A stretch of 61,403 bases of DNA, counting the filler, from Sphacelaria rigidula (Eukaryota): assembly GCA_964200075.2 (NCBI GenBank). It is 7 parts of 7 records of this genome, joined end to end, with 100 filler letters (N's around TTAATTAATTAA, not from the genome) between each part and the next. Parts side by side here need not be neighbours in the genome. Positions count along the whole stretch, not along the records: positions 35,147 to 43,832 come from CAXNAA020010382.1; positions 43,933 to 52,618 come from CAXNAA020010383.1; 5 more parts are not named here. One strand, 5' to 3'. Below the pieces are notes generated by a model. It was not told the DNA's origin. It ran no database searches and worked only from the letters and a program-made list of their open reading frames with translations. Position numbers and translations under genes: made by a program. Below, piece after piece: positions 36,331 through 49,490 of the stretch; positions within the stretch are counted from its first letter, which is position 1; every line of letters starts with the position of its first letter.

Positions 36331-39117
36331 AAAACGCTGAAGTATCTGGGAGGTCCTAGCGACGCCCAGATGTGTGGATGCTTGTGAGTGGCATTCATGG
36401 AAAACCCATGGACGCAGAAGCATCGGAACATAAATACGTACGGGGGCATCACCCAACAAACGGGCGTGACTACTTGTAGGTTTCCCTCCAGGAGGTTTCG
36501 TGGGGGGCCGGTGAACTAAAAGAACAACGCCATCATCATCCGTATAAAGCATGCCTTTACGCGATAATTCAGTAACAACTTCATTCTGTGTGGGGGCTCG
36601 GTGGGGCCCTACTGGCAAAAGGAATTCAGTTTCTGGAAAGGAAGAGGGGCATCCTTTGGATAGATAATGTATAGCTGCTCTACAAGCAGGTTCAGCTTGC
36701 TGTTCCCGGGTCCAATCGGCGTGAGAAAAGAGGGTCAGTTCCTTGAATACACTGTCGGAGGGGTTGTCCAATACGCAGGGGATCAAATCGCCGTGGGATG
36801 GACACGAGGCGTTATTTGGATCAAGGTCAGAAGGAGTGGTCAGTGTATTCTCAAACGGAACGTTCACCTCTATTCCTACGTTGTGGAGGGTGTCGGATGG
36901 TGTGGTACCGGAGGTGGTACCATCACGGGGTGGAGGAGGCACAGTCGAGGTCTCGACTATGGTGGGCAGAGGTGGTTTGGAAGGTGTCGATTGTCTGGGG
37001 GTTTTGCGCCGTGGAGGTAGCGGGGGCGCAAGGAGGCTATCGGGGACTGGAATGGGGTTGGGGATTGGGAGGTCTGGGCCGGCTGCTGCCAGGGCGGCAG
37101 CCGTTTCCGCGGCCCGGCGTCCTCGGGTCCGGCTCGAGATGAGGTCTCGGACTTGAACCGGGAGGACGCAGTCAGTAGAAACCGGCTCTACAGTGCAAAC
37201 TATCCGATGACCAGACGCACGAAAATGATCATACCCGCCGGTGGTTGCACGAATTTCACTCCTAACCGAACACAACGATCGTGGGGCCACACTGCTCAAT
37301 ACAGAAGCGTGAGCCGAAGGCGTCAGCTTATTTTCAACAAGTGCCGAGTTGTGGTTCAGTGAGAGTGGTGTATAGAGTCCGCGATGACCATTTGTGCTTA
37401 TGAAATATACAATGTCTTCGGTGGGGTCTGTGATGCGACCCAAGGCGGAGTTGTCGATGGGTTGGGCTGGTAAGGGCAAGCGTGACAGGAAGTCGGCGTT
37501 TGCGTTTTGGGGACCTGTGCGGCACTTCAACGTGAAGCTGCAGGAAAGCAGGATTTCAAACCAGCGTTGAACCCGGGCGTCATGTTCCGCCATTTTGGCG
37601 AGGTTTTCCAAAGACTTATGATCTGTATAAATCACAAACGGGAGGTCATACAAATATTGCCGGAGTCGTCGCACTCCCCAAACAATTGCACCTGCTTCTT
37701 GTTCCATAACGGACCAGTTCTGTTCGTTTGGGTAGGCGGTTCGGCTCAGATATACAATGGGGCGAACACTAGCATCGTCTTGTACCTGTTCCAGTGTGCA
37801 GCCAAACCCAATTTTCCAAGAATCCGTGTGCAGTCGGAACGGACGGGAGCCATTTTCAGCAGCTGACCAGTCTGGAAAAAACAGAATTGGTGGCTTTGAC
37901 AATGTGTCGAGCTGCTCTCGTACAATTTTTTCCATTACCGACGTGAACACGAATTTCACCCCCTTCTTGAGGAGGGTGGTGAGGGGTTTTAGAGCTTGGG
38001 CTAAATTTGACAGATATTGACGGTAGTAACTCAAACCACCGAGTAAAGAGCGCAGTTGAGAGACATCGCGTGGCATGGGCATCTCTCTAAGTGCGGCAAT
38101 TTTGTCGAGGTTGGGGCTACGACCTTCAGGGCTGATACAATGGCCTAGGAACTCGATGCACGTGGCTCCAATGCGGGATTTAGATGGGGCGAGCTTCAAG
38201 TTGTGTTGTTCAAAACGAGCAAAGGAGTACGCCAAATGTTCGACGTGATCAGCAGGTGTACTGCCGTGAACCACCGCATCGTCGAGGTACATGCGGCATT
38301 TGGACAGCCTATCAATGACGCGAAACATCATACGTTGAAACGCTCCTGGGGCGCCGGCGGTACCTTGTGGAGTGACCAGCCACTTATATAGTCCTGACGG
38401 GGTGCAAAATGCCGTCAGCTCGATAGAGTGCGGATCCATCACCAGTTGGTGGTAACCGGACTGCATGTCGAAGTTCGAAAAACCTTTGCCCCCGCCGAGG
38501 GAGTCGATGATTTCATCTATCCGGGGAAGAGGTAGACGTGCGATTTTGGTGACTGCGTTCAATCGTTGAGAATTGACGGTCAGTCGGATCTTACCATTCT
38601 TCTTCCGGACGACTACCAAAGGCGAGGCCCTCGGAGACGTTGAGTGCCGTATTAACCCGGCGGACAAGTATTCGTCGTAAATTACTTGAATTTTACCCGC
38701 TAGAAGAGGGTTTGTACGGTACGGACGCATGGCGATAGGTGTCGTACCATCAGGAATGTTGATCTTGAACGGTATAGTGTTGCAGCGGCCTAAATCTGTT
38801 GACGATTTGGAAAACCGTTCAGAGTATTGTATCAAGATGGAGCGCAACCGATCAAGCACCGTGGGTGTCGAACCCTCACCAGATAAATCAAACGCAATGT
38901 GTCTCAAATGGGGCGGAATTTCATCCCATAATCGTTGAAAACTAACACGTTGCTCTGGCGAGAATGTATCTAGTAAGACAGTCGGAGGGTTTGTGTCAGG
39001 CGTATCAGTCGATCCGTCTACAACCCTGGGGTCAGTCTTGTCGAACGAAGTGGAACCGTTCGTCTCTGAGCTGTCTGATGATGTTTGCGGTGGCACCTTC
39101 AGACATACATTCGACAA
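36331..39117 (-). CDS. Gypsy Pol: reverse transcriptase, RNase H, Pro-rich spacer, start of integrase HHCC
   Basis: Within the 973-aa ORF: RPYR, SPLVVVRKKNGKIRL, DMQSGYHQ, TAFCTPSGLY, YLDD, FLGH, LHTD, VYLSR, YTDHKSL, NANADFLSR, HECH...HLG. Confidence 0.93.
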
Positions 39118-39264
39118 GGCTGCCCGTAGGAGGGGCGCTTAAGCAAAACCCAACAACTGACCAGGAAGGACATCGAGATATGCAGAGGACGTGAGGGGAA
39201 TGGACTGCACACCCTCATGTACAAATACCTCGGTCTGATCAAAGGGGGTAATACTCTCTGTAGT

Positions 39265-39954
39265 TTAATTGGGATTGGTTGCGTCGACCAAGTACTGTCC
39301 AGTGAGGGCGGGGGATCCGTTCCGTCTCACAAGGTTCACATGGATGTGTTGAGGTTCACGGGACAGAGAGACGACGTGGTCTCCAACATAATACAGTCGG
39401 AAAGCATCACCTGCTCGTGTTGGGTCATCGACATAGGCCTGAGCCCCTGGATCAGCGTCGTGATGTCCCAATTTATATCTGCCCGTCAGTAGTCGGTTCA
39501 AGACAGGTGACTTCGTCGTGTATATATGTGTGAACAAACGTAGCCGGCTACCACGTCCCAAGAGAACATCAACCGATATGGAACCATCGGGCACAATGAG
39601 TGCCCACATAGCTAATCGTGCAGTGGGGCCCGTGTCATCGAAGAATTGCACACTGAGTCTCACTGATTGATCAACCGTAAGGGAAGTGGAGGCACCAAAT
39701 CCGCCAAAAACACGAGGGGGAACAGAAGAAAGGCAATGTTTGTCTGCTGCTTTAGCGTTTATCATGTGTTGCCAGCAGGTGGCTGTGATGAAAGTTTGTG
39801 GCGAGCCAGTGTCGGGCAGTGCAACGGGCATCAAAGGGCGTGTTGCATGCACTCCACTACGTATACCTATTCGGGTTGTGAAGGAGGCGTCATCCATGAG
39901 TGCAGTTCCACTGACCAAGTCCGGTCCAAATTCCGACAAGTGATCTGCAGCCAT
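39265..39954 (-). pseudogene. Gypsy aspartic protease region
   Basis: ALPDTGSPQTFI and DVLLGR motifs. Same frame as RT, separated by TAA stops. Confidence 0.85.
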
Positions 39955-41255
39955 ATCGCTCTTGTGTTGTTGGGCAATGGTACTAAAATAGACTCGAGAT
40001 TGATCCTCCGGAACGAATGTGCTTTCCGAAGGGCCGTCGTGGCACGGGGGGTTTTATAGGGCGTGTGGTGCAGTAGACGAAGGTTGGATTTCGTACACAG
40101 TCAGGGATTGACGGCGCCTAGGAAAGGAAGTGGATGTGGATGTTTGCAATAATTGTTCGGAGCTATGAGAAACAGGGGAGAAATAGTCCTGATCGGACTG
40201 CAGTTTTGACGGCACGGCCGGGTTTTGTGCGGCACCATGAGACATACATGCAGGGCGTAGCAGTTTTACTGTCCCAACAGATGTCAACGCTACTTTACTC
40301 TTCAATAAAGATTCCGAGGGGTCGGCAGAAAGCGGTGCTGATCTGTTCGGGATCTGGGAAACACCGACCTGTTCTACGACAAGGCTTTCATCCGCTGTGC
40401 CCGGCACCCGGGCACCTTCTTGGTGGGCGAATGCAGCGGCAACTACAGGTTTATTTACAGTTTTATCCGGAAGAGCCCGCTCCTGGTGTCGCGTATAGCG
40501 CATTCTAGAGCCGGCTGTTCCAGGGGCTTTTGGGAAGTTGGCAAGATCGGTCCGCTCGTGGCTACACGCGTGGCGCTTGGTCGGCACTGTCGCTTGGGGT
40601 TCCTTCCCAACCCGCTGAGCTACGGAAAGCAAGGGTTCGGCACTGGCGCGCGTAGTGCACGAAGAATTACGCTCACCGAATAAAAGGGGACCGGGCACAC
40701 GCAGAATTTCGCACGCATGTGTTACCGGGTTCGACTGGACTCCTGAGTCCTTCTCGGGGCTGAGGAGTCTCTGTAAAGGTTGCATCCTACGCTGAACGGT
40801 CGTAGGGGTAACAGCTACCGTATCACAAGATGTACCTGCTTCTAAGGCGGTAGGCGCTACGCTACACGACTGCCGATCCCGCGGGGCGATCGGATCCAAC
40901 TGGCATTGATTACTACCACTCGGAAATACAACTGGGTGATCAGATCCCGTATGAAAACACTGGGGTTGGTCATTGCACATTTGGGAGTCATGCCATGTTG
41001 CACGGGACTGTGCTGTCATGGAACCCGTCATGACAGAACGGTCAACGCTAGAGTATCCACACCACAAGCGAGAACCCACGCCGGCTGACGAGGATTTCAT
41101 TAAGTGGTGCACTGGCTGAGTGAAAGCAAATATATTGCCTCGGTTCGTTGGTGAAGGTTGTTGGGGCCCGACTTTGGACCTGTGGTCGACAATGGAGTTT
41201 GAAGTAGAAGTGTTATGAAAATGTAAAGAGGGTGACGGCGAAGTGTTACAAGCGG

Positions 41256-43769
41256 TCAAACACGTAGAGGTACCCCGTCGGTGATTTGGAAACGTTGAGT
41301 GTTGTGCGTTTCCCAAACACCGTCAGGTGGCACGTTTGGCATCGGTAGAGTCGTGGGTCCCATTCTGGCGGGCTGTGTTCGGGGCAGTAGATGTGTTTGT
41401 GGGGGAGCTAGGAGTACTTGGGTGTCGAGTCTGGTTTGGCGGTTGAAAACCGCCAGAATGGGCGGGGGGTACGTGGGAAGGGGCCGCGTTAGCGGGCTAA
41501 GCGTGATAATAAAAATGTTGGTATTGAGGGGGGCGCGAGTGTCACCATTATAGTGGCGATTGCCGCGCCGGGGGCGTTGGTATGAATTGCGGGTGCCGCT
41601 GGGTTGAGGGTGACGGTAAGACCGCATACGTGCTTGCCAAGTTGGCCAAAAGTGCGCAAAGTGGGGCTCGGAGAACATGGGGTTGAGTACGCCAAATGCG
41701 TTCGTGAACGGGGCTTCGCATTGGCGCATCGAGTGCGTTGAAACTTGACCATTTGCGAAGTACCCCGTTTGAGGATTGAACCAAGTGCCACAGTTCAGGC
41801 CGTGATCTCTGCAGCGGCGAAGTGCCACAGTTCAGGCCGTGATCTCTGCAGCGGCGAATTACATCTGATCGAATGTTAGGATCTCCGTTGCTGGCCCAGA
41901 GGAGGGGGTCTGTTGTGTTCATCGAAGTGCTTACTTGAAACACTTCCGGCCAAATTTCCGTCGCGAAGGGCCAGCTTGAAAAACGGCTGTTGAATACGTC
42001 TGGTGTGTGTGCGAACGCAGGAATCCATGGGCGTTGGTTTGCTTTGGAAGGTGGTGGTTGGGAGTGAGGCGCAGGGGGGGCGGCAACCGGGTGAGGCAAA
42101 AGGGTGGCGGAAGCATTGTGGCTGTTCCATACAGAGGGCCCGTTGTGAATTGCGGAGGAGCCACTCTGTTTTGCATCCGTCACATCTAATACTGGAGTGC
42201 GGTTGGACCGAAGTTCATCTAATTTCGTCCACAGAGCGTCCAAGGTTGGAAAGGGGACCAGTGAAGTAGCTGCGGTACCGACAAAAACGGTGTGCATGAG
42301 GCTAGGGTATTGGCGTTCCATATTGGAATGGAAAAGACTCATCCAGGTTAGCTGCCACCGTTTACCGTAACCGAAATCAAAGTGCGATATTTCTTGAGGT
42401 AGTGGTCAAAAGGGGTATCAATGGGTACCTTAAACGATAGTAGGCGTTCGAGTGACTCGCCTTCGTGGGTGGTGTCCAGGGATGAACTGATGAGTCTGAG
42501 AAGGAGGGTGAAAGCGGCGTAACCGCCATTACCGAGGGTGAGGGAACGTGCGGCTTGTGCGAAGTGGTGATCGAGCATGTTGGACAATTTAGATGCCTCG
42601 GGAGAGCTGAAATCGATGGCATCCTCCAAAGCCTTCTGTAAAGGTCGAAGTCAGCCATCTACCCAATCACTGGTATCAAGGTCGACGAATGTATCGTCGC
42701 AGTGTAAGAGGATATCAGTAATAACAGTGGTGAGGGATTACCGTATCTGGCTGCAGGAAAGGCTTACATCAGATCTCGCAGGAGAGGGTAGCGAAGGCTT
42801 GACTTAGCCTACAATTTTCGGGTTCAAGGTTTTGTACTGATGGCGTACAGCCTGAATATGTGCCTGTCGGTCCGTGGAAGAGGGAGAAGGGTCACTGGAT
42901 TGAGGGGTGGGAGCCGAATGGGCAAACTGTACGCGGCGGGTAGCAGGTGTGGTGCCTTCCCTCGCTTGCTTGATTTTGAGCTGAGAGTGACGCTGTTTGG
43001 CGACAGTGGATGATAGCGGAAGGAAATAGCTCAAAGTGGGGGGCGCCGGACGTGAAGGGACCGCACTCGTGTCATTATGAGACCCGTCAGTGCTGTCCGA
43101 CTCACTATCGAATGAGGAGCGACAATGACGGCGAGATCATGACTGCTGCGAAATGTGAGATTTACCACTACTCTTGAGACGGTTTTTTCCTTTCCCTTGA
43201 ACAGTCCAACTGCCGCCACTGTCCGTTGCATTGTGCCCTACGTGACCTGTCTGAAGGTGACTAGTGGTGGTAGGGTATGAACGGTCCGTACCATCAGCAG
43301 GGCCGTGTACTGTCATGCGTACCTGCTCAATTTCTGTGAATAGCCCGATGAGGGGCCCGACGCACTCATGCCGTAGTGCGAGGCTAATTTCGGAACGAGG
43401 GTTGGAACGTATGCATTGAACGACGCCTGCTAACGTTACGGTCTCGGTGTGTTTCGGAAACCGATTGAGGATCTTGATCGAATTGTCAGTGACGGGAACA
43501 GTGAGGCGCTGTGCCTGACACGCGTAGGTAAGGAGGGTGTCAGGGTCGTGGACAAAATCGTAGAGGGGAACAGCTGCCAAGGTTTCTACACCAGAAAGAT
43601 CAAGACCGTCGGAACGAGTAGCCTTAGGAACTAGCGTTGGGTAATTGGGTTTAGTGGAGAGTGATTTGTCCGCTGTGAAGGCAAATGTAGGGGGCGTTTT
43701 GCCGTGGTGAACTTTGGGGGGCACACCAAACGTGGTTGAAACGCCGGGTGCGATCGTCTCAAGTGGCAT
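41256..43769 (-). pseudogene. Gypsy Gag-like region, fragmented
   Basis: Chain of same-strand ORFs upstream of pol, with a Cys/His motif LNCG...HSMRQC followed by an Arg/Pro-rich tail. Identification is mainly positional. Confidence 0.6.
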
Positions 43770-43832
43770 GGGAGGTAGTCCCGTGGCTAGAGGGGCGACA
43801 TTCGGAGTGGCATTGGAAAGTGCAGGTGAACC

Positions 43833-43932
43833 NNNNNNNNNNNNNNNNNNNNNNNNNNNNNNNNNNNNNNNNNNNNTTAATTAATTAANNNNNNNNNNNN
43901 NNNNNNNNNNNNNNNNNNNNNNNNNNNNNNNN
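43833..43932. other. Artificial contig-joining linker
   Basis: 44N-TTAATTAATTAA-44N. Confidence 0.98.
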
Positions 43933-46797
43933 AAGACAGATATGCCACTTCAGCCCCATATTTTGTATGAACCTCAAAATATAAAATCGGCTGCTAAAGG
44001 GTATTCCACGTTGTCCTGGCGCCAGGAAGTATTTGGGACATTTTTTCCCACGAAAGACTGCACGAGTACTATTGCCACACCGTGCCATCTTACCATCCAC
44101 CCCGAAACCTTGACTCGGGCATTCAACGTGGGAAACCCGTTTTATCCGATACTGCTGATATACCGAAGGTGGCATTTCACGTTTCCCCATCTTGTGGGAA
44201 TATGTTTGGTCAGGCTCGGGATAATATTCGTCATCTTCTCCGTCGGCGGTATTATCTACCTTGAGGGTGAGGCGAGGGACCTACCGTTCGGTCTGCCGTG
44301 TACCGTGACGAAGTAGTCGTACCCCGATTATGTTGGTGAAGAGAGTATCGAAGCGTTAAAAGTACATCAAAAACATTGTAAGGGAGAAAATACCCTATCT
44401 TTGACAACGTCAGCGGACACTCGCAAGAAATCACAACCTCTCACCAACATGTGCATGTATGCGTGGCATGTTTGTCACGTACATTGCTGCCAAACAATCA
44501 ACTAGATCGGCAATTATATCAAATAGTTTGATGTGTTAAACGGTCAGCCACGTAGGGGGGCGGAGCTTGTTCCACGAGACGTAATAATGCTTCCTTTGTG
44601 CTTCTTGACCTCCCAATGCGTCGATACGAAGTGACCTTTGCTTTCGTTCCACTTCCCGAGTATGATCTCTGTGCCGGCTACTCTCCTCTTTGTCGCTGGC
44701 GAATACGTGCGTTTGGCGAGTTGCTGTGGATTTGGGCGTTTACCTTTCCCCCCAAAATAAACTCTAAATAACGATAGAACAAACTGGTTCACACAAACCT
44801 GAACACCTCGCCTTATTAGACGGCAGAGGCGCAGCCGGAAATATGGATACAGTGTATCAGCTCTTGGACCCACAACCGTCTTCGATAAGAAAGGGATAGT
44901 CGCAATGAGTACCATACCGTCCGACATAGCACGGTCACCCGAAGCATGCAAGCCGCTCCCACATCAAGTCGTAGTATATACTCCTATGTTGAGAAATATC
45001 GCGTTCAGCCTACACCCGATACGCTATAAGATCTACATCGCCAGTTCATCGTTTTGCATGTTTCTAATCCGCTGTCATTACCTAGGAATCGCGCTACTCA
45101 ATATCAATATCTCGGTCGTTTACTCACGCTTGCGCGGGGCCGGTCCCGTCGCTGTGTTGGACTTGACCGGCGGTATTATCGTCCCCAGGTGAGACCTCCT
45201 CGGTTACGCTCCATTTCCGTTTACCTGGTCTGAAAATTAGGGATAAACAAAAATATGCACGCGTAGGATCGCCACTGTCCTCGATTACCGTAGCTGGAAA
45301 ACGATCACACGGTATGATACTTGTTCGTCGAAGGATCGCCGGTACTTGCGCGTCTCGTTATCGCTGCGATGCACGACGTGCAGTAAGTGTCGAGTGCGGC
45401 ATGGTATCGTACATGGTCGGAAGACTGTGGCACAAATGACACCGAAATGCTATGTTTTGCCTTCCGTGCAGGGAAACTGGGAAACTGGTCTACAATGGCG
45501 CACGTTTTCATGGTCCACCAACGAATCCACTGCGACCCCGACTATCATTGCGTGGGAACAGAAAGGAGCTCGGAATACCGAGCTATACTGACTCAACGTA
45601 CCAAGAAAAAGTAAAAATAATCGTAAAACAAACAGCCTATGGATCCGGATGTCATCTTCATAACTTCATGCTCACCTTCGAGTGACAGGTTATGAACGGT
45701 TGATGCCACCTTGTGCGTTCTTGTACGAGCGTACGAGTATTCTGCAATGTTTTCGCGGTGCAATGCGGGCAGGGTTCGGTTCGGCACGGTGCGGTATAAG
45801 GAAGTCGCGGTACAGTTTCCGTGGTGAATGAAAATTGCATTCCTGCGATACTGCGGCTGATGCATCATGCACCACGGTAAAGGCAGACTGGACAGCAGTC
45901 TGTTCTGTGCTTCTCCACCACCCGGGAGACCGCAGTTGAGTGAGGTTTCTGCCCCCTCCTCCTTTTTGCGCCCCTCGCGCACGCGGTGGGCCGGGATGAT
46001 GGCAGTGAAACTTTTGAGTCCCAACTCAAAAACATATGAACGATATCGAAAACAAATTCGGAAACAGAATCGTTTCACGAAATCCTGACCAGCTGAACCT
46101 CCTGCGCGGAGAAGACAATTGACAGAAACCTCGGGCGTACACTGCAAGTAGCCTTGTTCATTCCGGATCCAGCAGTGTATCGAGTTTTGTCGATTTTGGA
46201 CACTTTCTACGATAGCCCCCCCCGCTCAAACGTGAATGCTTTCGGGAGGCAAAATCTTCACATCAATCGAAATGGGAAAGGCCAAGCACGACGAGCAGGG
46301 GGGAATTCCCACGCTTGGATTTGTTCTCGCCAATGTTACCAATATGAGGCGCTTCATCCAGCCTGAACCCAAACATCAGGCGCTGTATGGCCATCTTTTT
46401 CGTGACACTTTTGGGCTGGTTTTGGAGAGAGGGTATCGTAGAAAGTGTCTTTGTTCGATTCTTCCAGGATCGGCAGCGTTTGGTGCGGAATAATTAGGAT
46501 ACGTTTGGTATGTTCTATCAAACCCGTCTATTCTTGTAGCATGGAGGATTCGAAGCTGAATTTTTCTGTTGGGTGTACTGAGTAGTATACCTCCAAAGGG
46601 CTATGAGCTGCTGCAGCCAGGAGTTCTCTTCGGCGGCTGAACAGTTTTTGCCGTGCCTGATTTCGGGAGTTAGGAGCTGAACTTTTGACACGAGATCTAC
46701 AATACCATCAAAACGCGGAAAGTAGCGTAACCTACCAGAAAGAAGAAGCAGGAAGCCAGCCACTTGAGATTTCTGATCAGAGGCAAAACATCGTAAA

Positions 46798-47021
46798 CCG
46801 ATTGTAATGCGTGAGAGGACCGCGTGGTTAGAGGACCGCGTCGTAGTTCAAAACACCTCAGGGTCGACGTTTTTCAAAACCAATCGGATCAGTCAGTCCC
46901 TGGAGGTACCACGCCCCTGACCTCAACCCCAAGACTAACCCTAACCCTAACCCTAACCATAGAAATGTTCAAATTCCGATGCTGTCCTCTAAGCACGCGG
47001 TCCTCTCACGCATTACATCGA
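46798..47021. mobile_element. MITE with internal telomere-like (CCCTAA)3 tract (copy 2)
   Basis: Full-length homolog of 2921-3151 with the same TIRs (TGTAATGCGTGAGAGGACCGCGTG and CACGCGGTCCTCTCACGCATTACA). CCCTAA x3 at 46939-46956. Confidence 0.85.
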
Positions 47022-47860
47022 TGGCGAAGGAAAAACTCGGTTATTTTCCGTGACAAATGTTCAACTTGTACGTAAAAGGTCTACTGAAATGTCGGCTCAA
47101 TACTCCTGAAATTTGGGCAGGGCAACCCACTTTTTGTGTGACATCGTTGCACCACGTTGTCTGACTGGTACGGGAGGACGGGAGGTCACGAGTTCGAATC
47201 CTAACATATACTTTTTGTTGCAGAATCTGGTTCCGTCGTTGTGGTCATATAGTATGCAGTCCATTTTTCCAGGGCTTACTTCGGGATTTTTTTCAGATGG
47301 CATTCACCCGGGTAAAACCTCGGTAATTGAGAGAGGGGACATCACCAAGATAAATCGAAATAACCATCCCCATCCACCCCGTGACCAAGCAAGTATCGTT
47401 CTCCCGTTCTTGTCCAGATCGTTACCGAGTAAATCATACTCTTGCGTTCCCGTCCAAACAACTACCAAGCGAATACTGACACCTCTGTGGTTTCTCGTTA
47501 CCACCCAAACGAATGCTGCGCAAAAATCTTGCTCCTAATTACTGTAGAGTAACGCAAAACGAAGTTCCGACCTCAGTCTAAGCTATGTTAGTTCCGCTGG
47601 GCAGTGGTGAACGTTCACATTCTGGTGAAAGAGTGGCGGCTTCAAACCCTACCAGACCATTCTAGATTTTCCCCTATCTTTTCTATTTCTTTGTGTCCAT
47701 CTCCTTTTGTGGCGTGTTTTCCTCTTGGGTGGCGTGTTATCTTCGAAGATGACGGTCAAGGCTCTCCACGATGCCGTCAGAGCCAACAAAGTAGCGGTAG
47801 ATCGGTGCAATTAGAAATGTTTAGCACTGGAGGTGGCGGCGGGTAGCCTGTTGACTCAGA

Positions 47861-49030
47861 TGTTGTTGTTGTTGTTGTTCTTCACATAAAAAAAACGTTC
47901 CGACGTCTGGGTAGTACTCGGTACTGGGTATCTGATGCGGACGCCTTCCATGGTCACAGACTAACTACTCAAAGTAGGGTTTTAAAAAGAAGAAATTTTA
48001 CCGGATCCAGAAAAGTTCACATAGACATGATGCAAAAAAAGTTAATAAAGCAAAAAATAAAAAAGAAGAAAAACAAGAACCCTAGCCTCATAAGTTCCGA
48101 TGCTGCAGGCGACCATTCGGGCTACGGGGGGCAGGGCCCGAAAGTCCAGTCAACACGCGACGCCAAATAAGGATGGAGCCCAACTTAGGGACCAAGATCA
48201 TCAACCATAGCGATAAGAGCCGTAGGGATCCACCTTGTACCTCTAGAGGGACAGCCATGTGTACGAATATACTAGGCATAAAATGAAAAGCACCACATAA
48301 CAACACACCATCTCGGGGAAGGGATACATGGAAGGCAGCAATGAGAAGAAAAAAAGAAGGAGGCAAGGAAAGGTGGTGGGGAGTCCCATCACTACCGCCG
48401 TGACTAGTTCGGTACAAGCTGGTTATACGTCCTTCCACCTCCTCCCTGCTCTCCACAAAGATCCCGTTTAGTCGCAGGTATTCGGCTGACCCTCCCCTCG
48501 TTCTTGTGCCAAGACGTTATGAACCTCTTAGCCCCCTGCAGCATCTCCGTATGCCACAGTTTCCCCCTTCCCTCTTCGCTGCTGAGGGCCAGAAGACACT
48601 TCCATCTCCAAACATCCGTCGGTTGTCGTCTGTAGAGCCTTTCATGGCTCCGTGTGCTTGAAGATCGTCCCTCATACACCTCAGGCAGTTTTGCTCCGAG
48701 TATCCTTGTCCTAATTGATGAAGGGACTGTCCCGTAGAGGACGCGCTCTGGACAGGGGGATGTGTATACCTGCTTCTTGTTTTGAACTCTTATAATCTTC
48801 ACTCACCAAACATCAACCGTGCGAGCTCCACTCGAGCTGCTTTCTCCACCCGAAAAGCAATGACCAAAGTGCACCAAAAACACAACTGAGCATGGAAGGT
48901 AGGACCGCATGCTGGGTTGCCTCATATGTCATACATCCAGTCATAACACAATCCGTTGCCGTAGACGAAATCCGGTACCCACGATATGTCATCAATCTGC
49001 ACCGCATGTACCCGAATCAATTCACGTACA
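47861..49030 (-). mobile_element. Highly decayed LINE 3' portion (RTE-like) with (CAA)n tail
   Basis: Tail and 3' end are shared with 31546-31680. Upstream minus-strand peptides (TGCMTYEAT; W...LQGAKRFITSWHKNE) weakly resemble RTE C-termini. Confidence 0.45.
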
Positions 49031-49159
49031 CATGTACTAGTGTTCAGCTCGACGATATTCAATTAGCCCCCCTTGTCGAGGCTCAACCTTACTCATATCA
49101 CACAAACAGTCTTAGTTCCATCCCATGTGATCAGACAAATTAAAAGCACAAAACTCGGG

Positions 49160-49490
49160 ATACATGGAAGACTCAGCAAGAAAAAAACAAAATCATCAAG
49201 GAACACCGCCTCCTCAGTTACATACCCCCCTGACCCCACATCCTCTCACCATTCTCGGGGGCATAAAGTATCAAAACTAATGACGTTGTTTTGAAAAATC
49301 TAGAACGAAAAACATACTTTTCTCATCACAGAAGTGCCGAAATACATGAGGAACTCAGCAAAAAAAATCAAAGTCATCAAGGAAAATCACTCCCTACATT
49401 ATATGCCCCACTGACCCCATATCATCTCGCCATTTTCGGGAGCATCAAATGTCAAAACTCGGGACGTGTTTTTCCAAACATATATCACAA
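49160..49490 (+). repeat. Diverged tandem duplication, ~180-bp period
   Basis: ATACATG...ACTCAGCAA...TCATCAAGGAA...CTGACCCCA...CCATT...TCAAAACT occurs twice. Confidence 0.7.

Larger units (their letters stand above)
35181..43832 (-). mobile_element. Decayed Ty3/Gypsy LTR retrotransposon internal region (gag-PR-RT-RH-IN), filling the contig
   Basis: Domain order on the minus strand is PR-RT-RH-IN. LTRs are not in the contig. Confidence 0.96.

Noticed and set aside
40054..40056. Programmed stop-codon readthrough in Gypsy pol
   Set aside because: Two more in-frame TAAs and several frameshifts point to ordinary decay.
41308..41314. GGGAAAC slippery heptamer (minus strand) as the gag-pol -1 frameshift site
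   Set aside because: In this copy G-GGA-AAC is phased in the downstream pol frame, not the upstream gag frame, and a -1 slip from it meets a stop within ~22 codons. It is unproven without a consensus.
45600..46780. Possible decayed transposase or tyrosine recombinase
   Set aside because: Short ORFs with no convincing catalytic motifs.
47130..47205. tRNA gene (B-box-like GAGTTCGAATCC)
   Set aside because: No cloverleaf; at most a degenerate SINE head.
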